DNA of 64,000 nucleotides from Parasitella parasitica NRRL 2501 (Eukaryota > Fungi > Mucoromycota). The stretch covers positions 205,276 to 269,275 of the forward strand of contig MU619237.1 of assembly GCA_025201805.1 (NCBI GenBank), written 5' to 3'. Positions within the stretch are counted from its first letter, which is position 1. Each line of letters begins with the position of its first letter. The notes under the pieces are model-generated. The model saw only the letters and a list, made by a program, of their open reading frames with translations. It was not told the DNA's origin and searched no databases. Below, one piece after another: positions 22,468-36,257 of this stretch. A program made the translations under genes and the position numbers.

Positions 22468-25400
22468 ATGTCAGATCAAGGTAAAAAGCCCTTTGGAATG
22501 AAAGCCATTGCTTGTACAGAGAAAGATTAATATCAGTCACCTCAGATAAAGAAGAAGCCGTAACATCAGAGCAAAACGCGAACGATGAGTCTCCAAGGCT
22601 GTCAAAAAGAGCAAGGCTTATTGAAGAGAAACTGAAAACCAAGCAATCAACATCGTTGTTTGACACAGACGGTGATTTAAACAAGTGCAATATCATCGAA
22701 GGTGATCGACGTAGTAGAAATAGAACGTCTAGTAGCGAAGCATCTCAGCAATCAGCATCGCCATCACAAATATCAGCAGCAGCCAAACCAAGGGCGAAGC
22801 CAGGACCAAAGCCCAGAGCAAAGCCTGGACCGAAGCCTGGACCGAAGCCTGGACCGAAGCCTGGACCGAAGCCTGGACCGAAGCCTGACACCAAGTCTGC
22901 AAGCAGAGCAACGGCAGCCAAATCAAAAGCAGGGCCGAAACCAGGATCTCGAGGAAAATCAGGATCAGGATCAGGACCAAAGCCAACAGAGACAGCGCAC
23001 TCCAGAGGCAAACCAGGGCCCAAACCAGGGCCCAAACCAAAGTCAAAGGCAAAGCAATTAATCAAAGAGACACTGAACGAGGAGCAATACAGACATAAGC
23101 GAAAGCGAACAGAGCCTGTAAGGAGGGCTCCAGCAATGCCGCTTTATAAAAACGCAAAGCAGAAACTCTTGCCAAAGCCCAAGACAGCCATTGACCAACA
23201 AACGAACGATCTGATCTCACAGAGATTGAGCCGTATGGAGACACTGCAGCAGGACCATGATAGGTCTGTCAAGGAACTATATCATTTAGAGCTATTCCAA
23301 AACATGCTTGAATACAAGCCAAACGCATTTATCAACGACGTTCGTTACAACAAGGCAAGCAGGGCTTATTTTCATTTTGAACCCCAAAAAAAGAAAATTT
23401 AAAAAAAAAAAAAAAATTAAAAAAAAAAAAAAAAAAAAAAAAATACTGATACTTTGTGTAGTATGTAGAAGACTTTGACATGTGGAGATCGATCAAATCA
23501 AAGGAGCCATTCGCATCGTCTCTGCAAGATCCCAAATTGATTGATCTGCTTCAGAGCGCTATTTACGAATCAATGCACACTATACCCCATGCCCACGCCC
23601 ATAGTTCAGCTCAAATCAACCCAGCTATCAACAGCAGCACTAGTAGCTTAGCTATGGCACCCATTGTCAACACCATCAGTACAGGCACAGGTCTTCGTCG
23701 ACAGAACCGACAATTTGTGACTCTTGACGACTATATCAACTCATTCGTCTCCATTGACGAAAACGAAGACATTACACCTGAAGCGTGCGAATTGCTCGTT
23801 GAAAAGGAGCGAGTCATCCGTCAAAAGATCGATGCGCTCAAAAGGAGAGGAGGCTATTCTACACCTTACTTGAAAGAGATTGCCAGCAAAAGGCCTCAGC
23901 AGCAGAATGCACACAAACACGACCCACCATTACACCACGAGAACTTGTTGTCTGACATGGTCGTCGTCTCCAAGAACTTTCTTTTGAACCAAAAATATAA
24001 ACGTGCCGCAGCCCGTCGATGTGCCAAAGCGGTTGAACGTTACTGGGAGAATATCCGTACACACGATGAACGTAGAAAACGAGAAGAGAGTAAGCGCATT
24101 GTGCGGCTGGCTAAATGGACATCCCAGCAAGTCAAAAAGAAGTGGAAGGTGGTGGAACGTGTTTGCGAGGCAAGACTAAAAGAAGTTTTGAAGGAACAGC
24201 AGGCCCAAGAAGGCCGCCGTCATTTAGAATTGATCTTGGAGCATTCAGAGCAAATGCTGAATGTGCGCAATGAAGAATTAAGACAGCAGCAACAAAAAGC
24301 AGCGCAAACAGCAACGCAAACAGCAGAGCCAGCCCAAAACGACGACGATTTATGGCAAGACGAAGAGGCTTATGGACAAGACGACATCAGAGACCACATG
24401 ATTGAAGACCATCAAGATGAGAGTGACGATGACGAAGCTGCATTAAAGGCGCTAGAAGATGATCAAAATATGACTGTGGAGGAATTAATGGCAAAATATC
24501 ATTCCATAAAGGAACAAGAAGAGACGGACACTGAAACGGATGCGACTCAATTAGACGAGGAAAACGACTTTGGGAGCGATATGTCCTCCTCCGTTGCAGC
24601 GACAGACGATGCCGAGTTCTCAAATGTATCTGATGGCCAAGATATTCCAATTGAAGATGACGGTCAGAGTGAAGACGATGACGAGGAACTGGATGCGCTG
24701 AATGACGATGCCAATTTGACAGTAGAGCAGCTGATACAAAAGTACAATTATAGCATAGGAAACGACGCTGATGATGAAGAGGACAGTCAAGCAGAAGAAT
24801 CAACTAAAAGACGGTCAGATTCAGACAACATGTCAATCAATAATGATGACGCTGGACAGCACATTGCTAAGCGCCGAAAGCTATCCTCGGCATCTATACA
24901 AGAAGAATCGACACTGGCCGAACTCAACGACAAAGTAGCGTCAGGGGATGAGGATGAGGGCAGCAACTATATGTCCCAATCCATGGCATCCACAGCCGCA
25001 ACCTCCAACGACAATTCTAGTAGCAGCAAATTCAATACACGCATTCCATTTCTTTTACGTGGTACTTTGCGTGAGTATCAGCATGTTGGTCTCGACTGGC
25101 TTGCCAGTTTGTACAATAACGGATTGAACGGTATCCTTGCGGATGAAATGGGTCTTGGCAAAACGATCCAAACCATAGCGCTTCTAGCTCATTTAGCTTG
25201 TGAAAAGCAAGTGTGGGGTCCTCATCTCGTAGTTGTGCCGACCAGTGTCATTCTGAACTGGGAAATGGAATTCAAAAAGTGGCTTCCTGGCTTCAAGATC
25301 ATGACCTACTACGGATCGCCAAAACAGCGCAAAGAGAAGAGGATCGGATGGTCCAAGGACAATGCATTCCATGTATGCATTACCTCATATCAGCTCGTCC

Positions 25401-27807
25401 TGCAAGATCAAAACATGTTTCGTCGAAAAGCATGGCAATACCTTATTTTGGACGAAGCGCATCACATCAAGAACTTTCGCTCTCAACGGTGGCAGGTGCT
25501 GCTCAACTTCAACTCAAAACGACGCTTACTTCTGACAGGCACGCCTCTGCAAAACAACCTTATGGAGTTGTGGTCGTTGCTCTACTTTCTAATGCCGAAC
25601 GGCGTCTCTCAAGACATGCCTATAGGCTTTGCAAACCTCAAGGAATTTCAGGAATGGTTCTCTCATCCTGTCGACCGCATGATTGAAAACAATACACAGC
25701 AGCAAGCAGGTATGGACGAAGAATCACGTGCAGCTATCCAAAAACTTCATACCGTGCTTCGACCCTACCTTTTACGTCGCCTGAAAGCAGATGTCGAGAA
25801 GCAAATGCCAGAGAAACACGAGCACATTGTCTACTGTCGACTGTCTAAGCGCCAAAGATATCTGTACGACGATTTTATGAGTCGCGGAAAAACAAGAGAG
25901 ACGCTGGCTAGCGGCAATTTCCTTAGCATCATCAATTGTTTGATGCAGTTGCGCAAAGTATGCAACCACCCTGATCTGTTTGAAGAGCGTCCTATCTTGA
26001 CTAGCTTTGCCATGGATGACCAGGTTCAGTTCAATGGTCAATGCTTGGAGACTTTGGTGCGCAGACACATGTCCAAGCAAACGCGCGATAAAGTCAACTT
26101 GGGCTTCTTGAATCTCATCCTCACGGACGCTAGCCAAAACAAAATCCTCAGCCAAACAGTTGCCAATGACACACTGCGTTTAGAAGCAACCAAGGATATC
26201 ATGAACGAAATAGCCAATCATCAAAAGCGCATCTCTGTTGCAGAATCGCGTGCTGTTACCTCAACCAGCCATTATCAAGATCTAAAGAAATATGCAAAGT
26301 ATCGAGAAATGCAGATGCACATACACGCTGCGGGTCGATGGCAAATGATACATTATGTAAATCATTTCCGATGTGCACAAAGGCCACTCTACGATGCAAA
26401 CTTGATTGCCCTGCTATCTCCTGGCACGAAATACATGTTTTCGCATGATCCCAAACAGTATCTCGACCAATGCGAGGCTGTTTACCGGGCCGTTTCCAGT
26501 TACCGAGGTAGAATCAGCAGCAACTTGCACGTACTGGAGCAGTTTGGATTTGTTACCCCCAAAGTCGTTCTGAATGCAGACAGGAAAACCACACAGCCTC
26601 AAGTAGAGAATGACCAAATGCAGTTACTACGATCAGCAACAAGTGTGCAAAACGACATTTTTCATCCGATTGAGTCTAGGTTGTCAATCGCATTTCCAGA
26701 TAAGCGTTTATTACAGTATGATTGTGGCAAGCTGCAGAAGCTGGATCAGTTGTTGCGTACTTTGGCTGCTGGTGGTCATCGTGCGTTAATCTTTACGCAG
26801 ATGACTCGAGTGTTGGACGTTTTAGAGACGTTTTTGAATATGCATGGCTATCGCTATTTGCGTCTGGATGGTGCAACCAAGGTTGAACAGCGTCAGGTAA
26901 TGACAGAGCATTTCAACAATGACAGACGCATCACGTGCTTTATCCTATCTACTCGAAGTGGTGGATTAGGCATCAATCTCACCGGTGCCGATACCGTTAT
27001 CTTTTATGATTCGGATTGGAACCCCTCCATGGACAAGCAGTGTCAAGATAGAGCCCATCGTATTGGCCAAACAAGAGATGTGCACATTTACAGATTCGTC
27101 ACTGAATTCACTATTGAAGAAAATATCTTTAAAAAGGCAAATCAAAAGAGGTAAGTGATGCTTTGGCCTATAGTCAAAGTTTGGGTTATACTCATACCGT
27201 GGTTTCATATAGAATGTTGGACAACGTAATCATTCAAGAAGGTGATTTCACAGATGACTATTTCAACAAGAATGAGTGGTGGAAGGATTTACCTGAAGTT
27301 GTTGGGTCTGGGTCTGCTACAGCCAGCCACGATCACTCGGAAAAGCCTATTGACTATGAGCAAGCGCTTTTGCAAGCGGAAGATGAATCAGATGCTGCTG
27401 CTGCCATTGCCGCCAGGAAGGAATTGAACATGGATGAAAATGAATTTGACGAGAATCGTCAAGTATTGAGTGAGACTGCATCTGGCCCAGCATCGCCATT
27501 TACACCTACCATGAGTTCCACACCTACAAGACAAGTGAGCGTTGGCCCTGACGCTGACGTTGAGGATGAGCATGGTGATGTGATGGTGGAGAAAGATGTA
27601 GTCTTGGAGGAAAAGCACTCGCAACCACAACCACAACCACAACCACAATCAGACCAAGAACAGGATGAGCAAGATGATGAAGAGCAAGGACAATATGACG
27701 AGGATATGCAACTGAACGTGGGACATGTGGATCAATACATGTTGCAATTCTGGGAAAGAGAGGTGGTTGGTACAGACCTTGGGTTTGGAGGCTTTCCTGA
27801 TGAATAA
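22468..27807 (+). CDS. SWR1: SWR1/SRCAP SNF2-family chromatin-remodelling ATPase
   Basis: Exons 22468-22480, 22537-~23354, 23462-27150, 27213-27807; HSA region, GILADEMGLGKT, DEAH box, LLLTGTPLQNNL, split-ATPase insertion, QYDCGKLQ, QDRAHRIGQTR. Confidence 0.95.
22821..22887 (+). repeat. 12-bp coding tandem repeat (AAGCCTGGACCG x5) encoding KPGP
   Basis: Five perfect copies plus a partial one; further degenerate KPGP copies nearby. Confidence 0.95.
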
Positions 27808-29451
27808 AAATCGCTGCGTCCGCGCGCCTAGATTTTTAACCAAAAAAAGCTATCTGTGTAATTTAATAACAATTGAAAAAAGGGGCAAACTGTTTATTTA
27901 TTCACACACAAATATATCCATATTACATCTAGCGCTGTATATTTTTCTCGGTTTTATGTACATTAATCATGAGTTTTCTCTTGGATTTCATATGCAGTTT
28001 CCCTTTGTGCTTTCAACTATACCATAGATCGTAGGAAAAAAAAAAAAAAGTACACAACTATTAGCTTTTTCGTATGACAATAGCGAGATGCATGGGTTGC
28101 GCAATGTGCTACTCTGTCTTAGAGATCTGTCATTAAATGCAAGCTTCATGGGGGAGCTGATCATTGTGTTTGTATCATATTGTATTTCTCTTTATATACT
28201 TTGGATCGTGAAATGTATATAATCAGCAAGAGGCTTAAAAGTGATATATATTTATATAAAATAAGCATATAACTATCATTGTAATAGGAAATACCCCCCT
28301 TCGTTCTTTCGTTTTGCCAACAACTCCTTAAAAAAAGAAAAAGAAAGAGCACACCTGATATAGTATGCCAAAGCCTACGTATTTATGTATTCATGAAATA
28401 ACAGTTTTGCAACTAAAAAAGATTACTCTCCACGCTTTGCTCTTCAAGCCCATGGGCGCACAAAAAAGCTTGACGCTATCATTGTTCTTGGGCTCTCGTA
28501 TCGGTATTTTTTATGATGAAATCGATCGTTGTAAGCACCTGTAATACCATCTTTTTTTTTTCCTATCGTTTGTTATTGTATATATAAATATATATAAATT
28601 AATAAGATAAAATGCAGGACTTCCATGTAATATTAGTTGATTAAGAGATACATGGCATTAGAGATTATGAACTACGCTTTGTGTATATATACAATCTGTG
28701 TATACATGTAATGCATGTAGTAACATGGTAGTAGTGCGTACATATCATACCATAATAAAAACAAAGCAAATTAGACTAAAACATATGCTGTATACATGCC
28801 ATGAACCTTCTCTACGATGGAAACTTCAGGTCATGTCTAGACAATTTACACACCCATATATATTTATCAACTGTATATAAATACAAAGCCAACGTGTATC
28901 TATCCTCGTGTTTTCCTGTGGCGTTGGAATAAACCAATGTTCTTTCATGGGTCTGATTTAATCTGATTACACAATTTACTTGTCGCATTGCGTCCAAGAT
29001 TAGCAATGTGATAATACAAAAACCAGCATTCAGGCGGCCATTTCGGGCGTATCGATCCAATTAGGAAGAAATATTTCCAGATACTAAAAATAATGATTAT
29101 AGCGCATCAAGAAATTGAAATTCTCTTTGCTGATCATTAATAACTTGCTGTGTTACCAGATATCTTATATCGGGACAGTTACAATGTAATATATATAGTT
29201 TTTCTTGTTGCTTGTTCGCCCTCTTCCCCCCCCCCACTGTCCCCCTCATTTTCTTGTGCTTTCAAAGAAAGCCTCCCCCCACCTCCCCCTTCTTGCCTTC
29301 CTCCCCCAACTACCATCTCTGATCCCCCCATCAGAAACATATAAAAAGTATCCAAAATTTACAACATCTACCCCACTTTTTTTCTTCTTCTCTTGTTTTC
29401 TCATCGTTGTTCCTCAATATATTCCCTTTACCTTTTGATCTATATACCAAA

Positions 29452-30819
29452 ATGCCTTCAGAAAAGTTCAGAATCACCACTAATGGCCAATCTTTAAGAA
29501 ATCCAAACAACGGATTTTTCGGTAAAATCTAGCATTTGGTATCCGTAATCAGTAGTGAATTAACACATTTTCCGACATTATTAGGCATGACTTTATCCTC
29601 GAATATGACATTGGACGAAAGGTATATAAACACATGTTACAATACCAATCGTTTTATGCATGAATTAACTTATTTCTCGAAATAAAATAGTGACGTATCT
29701 GCTCATAATGACAGAAGGTCTGCTCACAACGCCCTTGAACGTCAACGCCGTGAACATCTCAATGTAAAATTCCAGCAACTTGCACATGCACTTCCAGCAC
29801 TTCAAACTGTTCGTCGACCTAGCAAGACAATGATCGTAGCAAAGTCGCTCGAATTTGGTAAAGATATATTTGTTAAATGTATCAAACTGATATACTAAAA
29901 AGCAGCATTTTACAGTCTCCTCAAGTTTGACAAGGGAAACAACATTTACCTCTGAAATTCAAAAGTTGCGTTTAGAAAACGAAAAACTTAGAAAGCAAGC
30001 TGAAGCTTCAAGCAATCAATTAAAGAGACAATTAACCAAGCAACATGAGAAGCCTAATGCCACCGCTACTGCTGCTGCTGCTGCTGCTGCTACTGCTCCC
30101 ACCACTGCTTGTCCTGCCTCTGACGCCAAGAAAAAGACAGAAAATATCGATGATAATGTTAGCGAAACATCTACTTTAAAAGTCAAAGATGATATGAAGC
30201 CTTCTGTCAAAAGAAAAGCTAGCGTCTCCGGTCCTCAATTATCTCCCCCACCTACCCCTGAAGCTATGCGAGGTAGCCATAAACCTCATACCGTTGTCAT
30301 TGCCACGCCCATGGGTCATCCACTCAAAAAGAAAAAGATGGTCAAGCAAACCAAATCATTGCCTATTGCTACTGTCCCAAGCTCGACTTCCATTCCCATG
30401 AGCATGGCTCAGCAATTGCCAGTATATATTCCTACAAATGCTACGATGGCCGCTACTGGTATTAGCACCGTTTCCATGGCACATACTCCTGCTGCTTCTT
30501 TAATCGAGTCGCCTTGGTCACCACTGGATGATACTCATTTGCATTCATCGTTATTAACATACCCTCCCCATACAAATAACCAAGCTGATAATACCCCAAA
30601 CTACTTTGACATGACGTCTCCTTTATCATCAAATGCCAACATGTTGTATGAAATATATGCTGACAACATGCATCCCATGCTGCTTTCACCATATTATATC
30701 GCTGAAACAACGCCAACTCGTAAGTGAGTATACAGATAACTCTCTCATCGCAATCATTACTAACATTCCGCTTAGCTTATACTTCTAGTTTCTCTACCAA
30801 TATAAATCATCGTCGTTAA
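29452..30819 (+). CDS. Max/Mlx-like bHLH-zipper transcription factor
   Basis: Exons 29452-29521, 29585-29621, 29691-29857, 29916-30719, 30776-30819; RRSAHNALERQRREHLNVKFQQLAHALP..PSKTMIVAKSLEFV followed by a coiled coil. Confidence 0.9.
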
Positions 30820-33800
30820 CAACCACTTCATCAACGCCAACGCAGCTTCAATAGTCATGATCTTTATTAGTCCTAGAAGGATGTCTCTTGATTTATGGAA
30901 AAATGGCAAACTGAACATGTGAAATGCCTGTTATGACTGGAATATAATATCCATTGCACATGTTTCTATCTCACTAAATGTAAATATTTTATTCGAAAAA
31001 CACCAGAAAAAAAACAAACAGCCTACTTGCTGCTATAAATATTCATTAGCTCTCTCTCTCTCTCTCTCTTTATACGTATAAATGTCTTTAGTAATAAAAT
31101 AATCCCAAGTTTTACATATAATTATACATATCCTGTTGTGCAAAATGAATATAGCGAATATCATGTAATAAGGCTAATTTATAGAGAAAACTTTTTATGG
31201 TTAATTTGACATTTGTATACTACTCATCATTATGGCGAATGTTTTTTTTTGTCATTTTTACAAATTTAGACAATCGATGTTGTTTATCAAGACAAAATCC
31301 GTGTCCTTGGGATTTGTATACATGTATATATATAAAAAGACGATCGTTCTAGAAGGTCATAGGTATACGTATACGTCTCGCTTCATTGCACTCTTCCTTT
31401 CTTCAGCCTGCTATATCTCGACAATGTATTTTTTTTCTTCCAACACATGCACTATTTGTTGTTGTTGTACCGCCGTACCTTTTTGTTGTAGATACACACG
31501 CAGCGATATCCCCCCTCCCCCCAAATCAACAATCAAAAATCCTCATTTTTACTTTACTATTCCAGGCAGCACCCATAAGCTCAGCAGGTTATCGGAATCG
31601 GTCAACTATTGTATATTCTCTGATCTTGACTTCCTTCAGCAAACATTATTCTTGCTTTCCTGCTTCTCCCCCCCCCACTATTTTCTTTCCCCCACATTTT
31701 CTTCCTCTCTGTTTATTTGTTACCCCTACTCTTTTTCCGAACTTCTGTTGCAGGCGCAACACCTTTTTTTTTTNNNNNNNNNNTTTTGTTACTTCCATCC
31801 ACTGTGTTACCCACAGGCATCAGAGGTTAATCATCTCTCCGTGTCATCTCAATTTATTCTCTCTAAATCATCGATTTGCAATCTATTTGACGATCTCGAG
31901 GAGTTGATTTACATGCTGTTGGTTTTCTATGAATTAGGCGTCCGTTCACCCACTAAAACAAGTCGTCCTAGGAAGCACTTTTCCAAATACTCATAGATTG
32001 TTCTGCTGTATTCTTGTCTATACACAAACTACATGTACAAATATTTGCTATAAAAATGTATATATATTTTTAATGAGCCAAAAGCTGACATTGTTCAATA
32101 TCCCATTTATATTCAGAATAGAATGTTCAATTACTTTATTCATCATTGAAACTTCCACCTCTTTACGTTCTCTCGTACAACATAATATCTTATTTGAAAT
32201 TGCATCTTCCATTGCACTGTAAGTCCGCGCTATTCAAGCGATTAGCATAGAATGATTAGCGTATACAAAACTTGAATTCAACGGGAGAGGGAAGCGAAAT
32301 TCACGGAGATAGAGCTAGAAAAGCTAGACTACATGCTATTCAGATAACAAAGTGATAAGGTTGTTCAGATAGGGCTTCATTTGAAGGAGAGTTCTGTAAA
32401 GTTGAATATGTATTATTGGATCCATATCCTGTATATCTGATGTGTGTATGTGTGTGTATGTGTGTGTGTGTGGGAAGGACTTAATACCAAATAAATCCAG
32501 AAGCCAAACTTTTAGGGGTAGAATAAAGGTTAGCAAATTTGCAATGAATTACCAGAATTATCGACTCGCTTAGAGTACTTTTCATCATTGAGTCTGTACA
32601 TGTACTATACGTATTTACACACGATAATTTGTAAGGCTAGCGACTAAAAAAAGAATATGATCTGTATTGTCTAAAATGGTGTGCTTGGCCGTGCACCTCG
32701 AAATTGAACTAAATATGGGAATGTGATTTTATGAGACTATCGTGTGTATTTAGCTTACATTGCCTGTAATTGTCAGTAAGCGCTAAAAAGTATCAGCACG
32801 CCTCAATTGCAACTTCAGATATTTATTTGATAAATTTATATAAACTTGTACGACATGTTTTGTCTACCTTGTAATCTATAAACTGTTTAATCTTTCAGAT
32901 CGTTGCCAGATATACACACCCTACAGAAAAAAGAAATCTTGGCTTTTTTTTTTTATAGTCTGCATAGCATCGAAAGGCCAAGGCTAAGGCCAAGACCAAC
33001 GACATTTAATTACCTTATACAAAAAATATATCCGTTTCTATCAGCACGTCAAAGGCTTCCTTGATCAAATCATATTTTGCAGCAATCATCATCATATCGT
33101 AATAGCATCATTATAAAACACCTTAACCAATGACATGTCAACGATCCCCTATGTTCCCCCTCAGGGGGAAGGGACAAAAAGTCAAATACCTGTCGTTAGT
33201 AATGCATAGTTGCTGGCTAATAGAATATCCAATCGCATTTGACGTTTGTTTTAGAAACTTGATCATTAATGACTAAAATTCAATGCGCCCTTGATAGCAT
33301 TCAAATGGATGTCTTGGGGCGGCATGGGTGTCGCTGATCTGCATCTGCACGATAACAATTTTACAGTAGTACTTATAGTGGAATTCTCATTAAATCTTTT
33401 TGAACAAAAAAGAACAAAATCTCTCATTGAGTTCGATTTCGACATCATGGTTGATTACCTTTGGCTCTTTTCCCCCTCCACTCTTTTTTCTTGATATTAC
33501 AAAACCAACATTGTTGTCAAGAATTACGTCGTTTAAACGGAGAATCTAGCAAAATATGCTTGCTTAAAAGGAATAAGGGCTGGAAATAAACCCAAAAATG
33601 AACACAGCAGATGCTTGTACCTCGTCATTAAGAACAAATTGACAACCTTATTTCCATATGCTTACTATTATTACTTGTTTTAACACCAAGGAGTAACATC
33701 TGACAGACAAAAGGGAGTGGGAAACGGTCGTATATACATGATGTGCAAGCTGATAACCCAGGGAAACACAAAGTTTCAAAGTATGCTTTATGATCGATGG

Positions 33801-34405
33801 CTGCAACCATGGTGTGAATATGATGAAGCGCACCAATTGTACTATATACGCCCAATGTACGTTCAATAGCGTATGGGTATACGTAATACAATGCTATAAT
33901 GACCTTTATGAGAAGCAATACATAGCCTCCATATTTTCCTAAACTGTTGGCTCAGCAAGACTTGCATGTTTCCTATACATTGTTCAGCAACCTACGTTAT
34001 GCGAAAACTATCAAGCAAAAGTCAATTATTACAGCAGCTAACAATCTCAAAAAAAAAAAGAACCATCCCCGTTATCAGATATTGAAGTTTTCAAATACGT
34101 TCCAATCATCGATGTTATTTTTATGGAAGAACATATGAAAAATGTTAATCTTAAGTCTGTCAAAAGCTTGGTTTTCTTCGTAAAACAAGAATTGTATCAT
34201 CATGGAGACAGTAATAAATGCTTCGAAGAGTAAATATTACACAGTAATTACCAATATACTTGAGTTTTGCCTCGAATTGACCTAAAAGATATCATACCCG
34301 GTACTAATATTCAATAAAAACATTCCTCTCGACTCTGATTCTGATGAGCAATTACCATTTTAGACAATAATGACGCAAAAATAGTTTGTTGGACGGAAAA
34401 TGCAT

Positions 34406-34493
34406 TTTCACCAATTTCACAGCCAATTTCACCACTTTCACCAATTTCACAACCGATTTCACAGCCTATTTCACCAATTTCACAACCACTTTC
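34406..34493. repeat. Short array of 9/12-bp units with core TTTCAC
   Basis: About 8 units of TTTCACCAA / TTTCACCAC / TTTCACAGCCAA immediately upstream of the C2H2 gene ATG. Confidence 0.95.
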
Positions 34494-34516
34494 TTTTTTC
34501 TTCATCTTTAAATTCT

Positions 34517-36257
34517 ATGAGCTCTTTCGTTTGTCAAGATTGTGGAAGATTGCTTTCATCAAAACAAGCCTTAAGCCTCCATTTCTACCGCTTTCATTCC
34601 AAAGAAATCACTGTTGAGTTGAATAAAGGCAAGTGGAAGCTTAATGTCCTTTTTTTTTGGATACTAATGAATATTTGACTTAATAGTCTCAAAAAGGGTG
34701 ATCAGGAATGACAAAGGGGTCTTTGTCTGTCCGTATTGTAACGAGAAGTACTACCCCAATCCTGACTCACTGAAAAGACACGTAAAAAAAACACACGACA
34801 ACAATGAAAAAGACGACAGTAGTTCAGATGATGACAGCTTAGTTGTGGATGATGCTGTAAATGTAGTTTTAAATACCCAGACAACGTCATCACAGCCGAA
34901 AGACCAAACAAAGAACGAACATATTATCAAAAGACATGACTACAAGACATCAGTTCTATCAGCTTTCGATGCACTACATCAACCTGAAAAAGAGCAAGAA
35001 AAAAAAATGTTGGTAGCTGAACTAGGGGACTTGGAACCTGTGATTTACGTTGACCACAAAGGGGAAGAACACCACTTGCTGGCTGCACCGAAAGTTATTA
35101 GCAACATGATGACGCTTGAAGCAGAAAACAAACCATCATCACTCATATTCATTCCAAAAAAGAGAAAAGAAATTGATGAAGACAGCCAACCCGACCAAAC
35201 ACCATGCTCAATCCGGAACATCGTATTGAATAGTCATTGCAGAGCATCACTATCAAAGTCAAACTACATCGAGTTGGATCCTCAGACTGCACTTTTGCTA
35301 AACAACAGCTGGACTTTAAATCCAATGGCAGCTGAGTCATGTGCTCATTTGTTGGAAGAGGCTGTTTTTGTGGAGGGAGGCAAGTCTTTACTTGTTCTCG
35401 GTGGAGAGATATATTCAAGACTCCCATCGCTGGATGCACACTATGAAAAGACATCATCAACAAAAGGAAACATCCCCCAGTCCTCTTTACCTCACACTGA
35501 TACAAGATACCAAAACGTAGAATTATGCTTGATTGACAATGATAATGCTAAGAAATTAGTGTTGGGAACTAAAACTATGAACGTTTTGATTACTTCATCT
35601 ATACGCCTGGAAAGCAATCAGCCAGTAGTTGTCGGTGCCTCTAGCTCAAATGGATTCATACCAAGTAGAAGTACAAGGATCTTTATTGAGAAATGCAAAC
35701 TTCAAGAAATTGAAATGACGACAAAAGCAAATACGCAACTTGATGGAATTAGATCTTCTCACCAATATTTGCTTGATCCATTCGATGAACATGCTCAGTT
35801 ACGCCAACTAAGATCCAAGTTTGATCGATTGTCCACCTACCTGTGTTATCGATTTTCGTCTAAATTTACTAATGATGTTCGAACAAGACCTTGGACAATA
35901 TGGACAATCGCAGATCGCTCCCGTAATCAAGACAGAGATTCCAGTGTTGTGGCCGCGTCAAAGCTTTTCAAGCACATCGCAACTCAAGTGTGGGAAAATG
36001 GAGCTGAAGCAAGCTTGAGTTTGAATACTATTACATCTTTGAAACGTCAATTTAAACAAAGTGGAAACGTCGAGAGAATATTTGGTTGTATTGAAGACTT
36101 GTATGAAGACGATATTTCAACAACTACAATAATAGGAAACAAAGAACTGAACAAATTACTAAAGAATTTGGCTTCTCTGCTGTCATCTGAAATCGTAAAT
36201 GGAAACGAGCAAATCAGTAGAAATATTCAACATGTATTTAACGAAGCTTACAATTGA
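34517..36257 (+). CDS. Protein with two C2H2 zinc fingers and a large uncharacterised C-terminal domain (560 aa)
   Basis: Exon 34517-34628, GC-AG intron 34629-34686 (AAG|GCAAGT), exon 34687-36257; [22 protein letters not shown] and CPYCNEKYYPNPDSLKRHVKKTH. Confidence 0.85.

Noticed and set aside
14471-30819. Four consecutive same-strand transcription/chromatin genes as a functional cluster
   Set aside because: No shared regulatory motif seen; compatible with chance without synteny or co-expression data.
31232-31996. 254-aa ORF
   Set aside because: Phe/Ser/Cys-rich translation of pyrimidine tracts that spans an N gap; not protein-like.
33154-33170. Hairpin TTCCCCC-TCA-GGGGGAA as a Helitron 3' end
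   Set aside because: No CTRR terminus at the expected distance and no other Helitron evidence.
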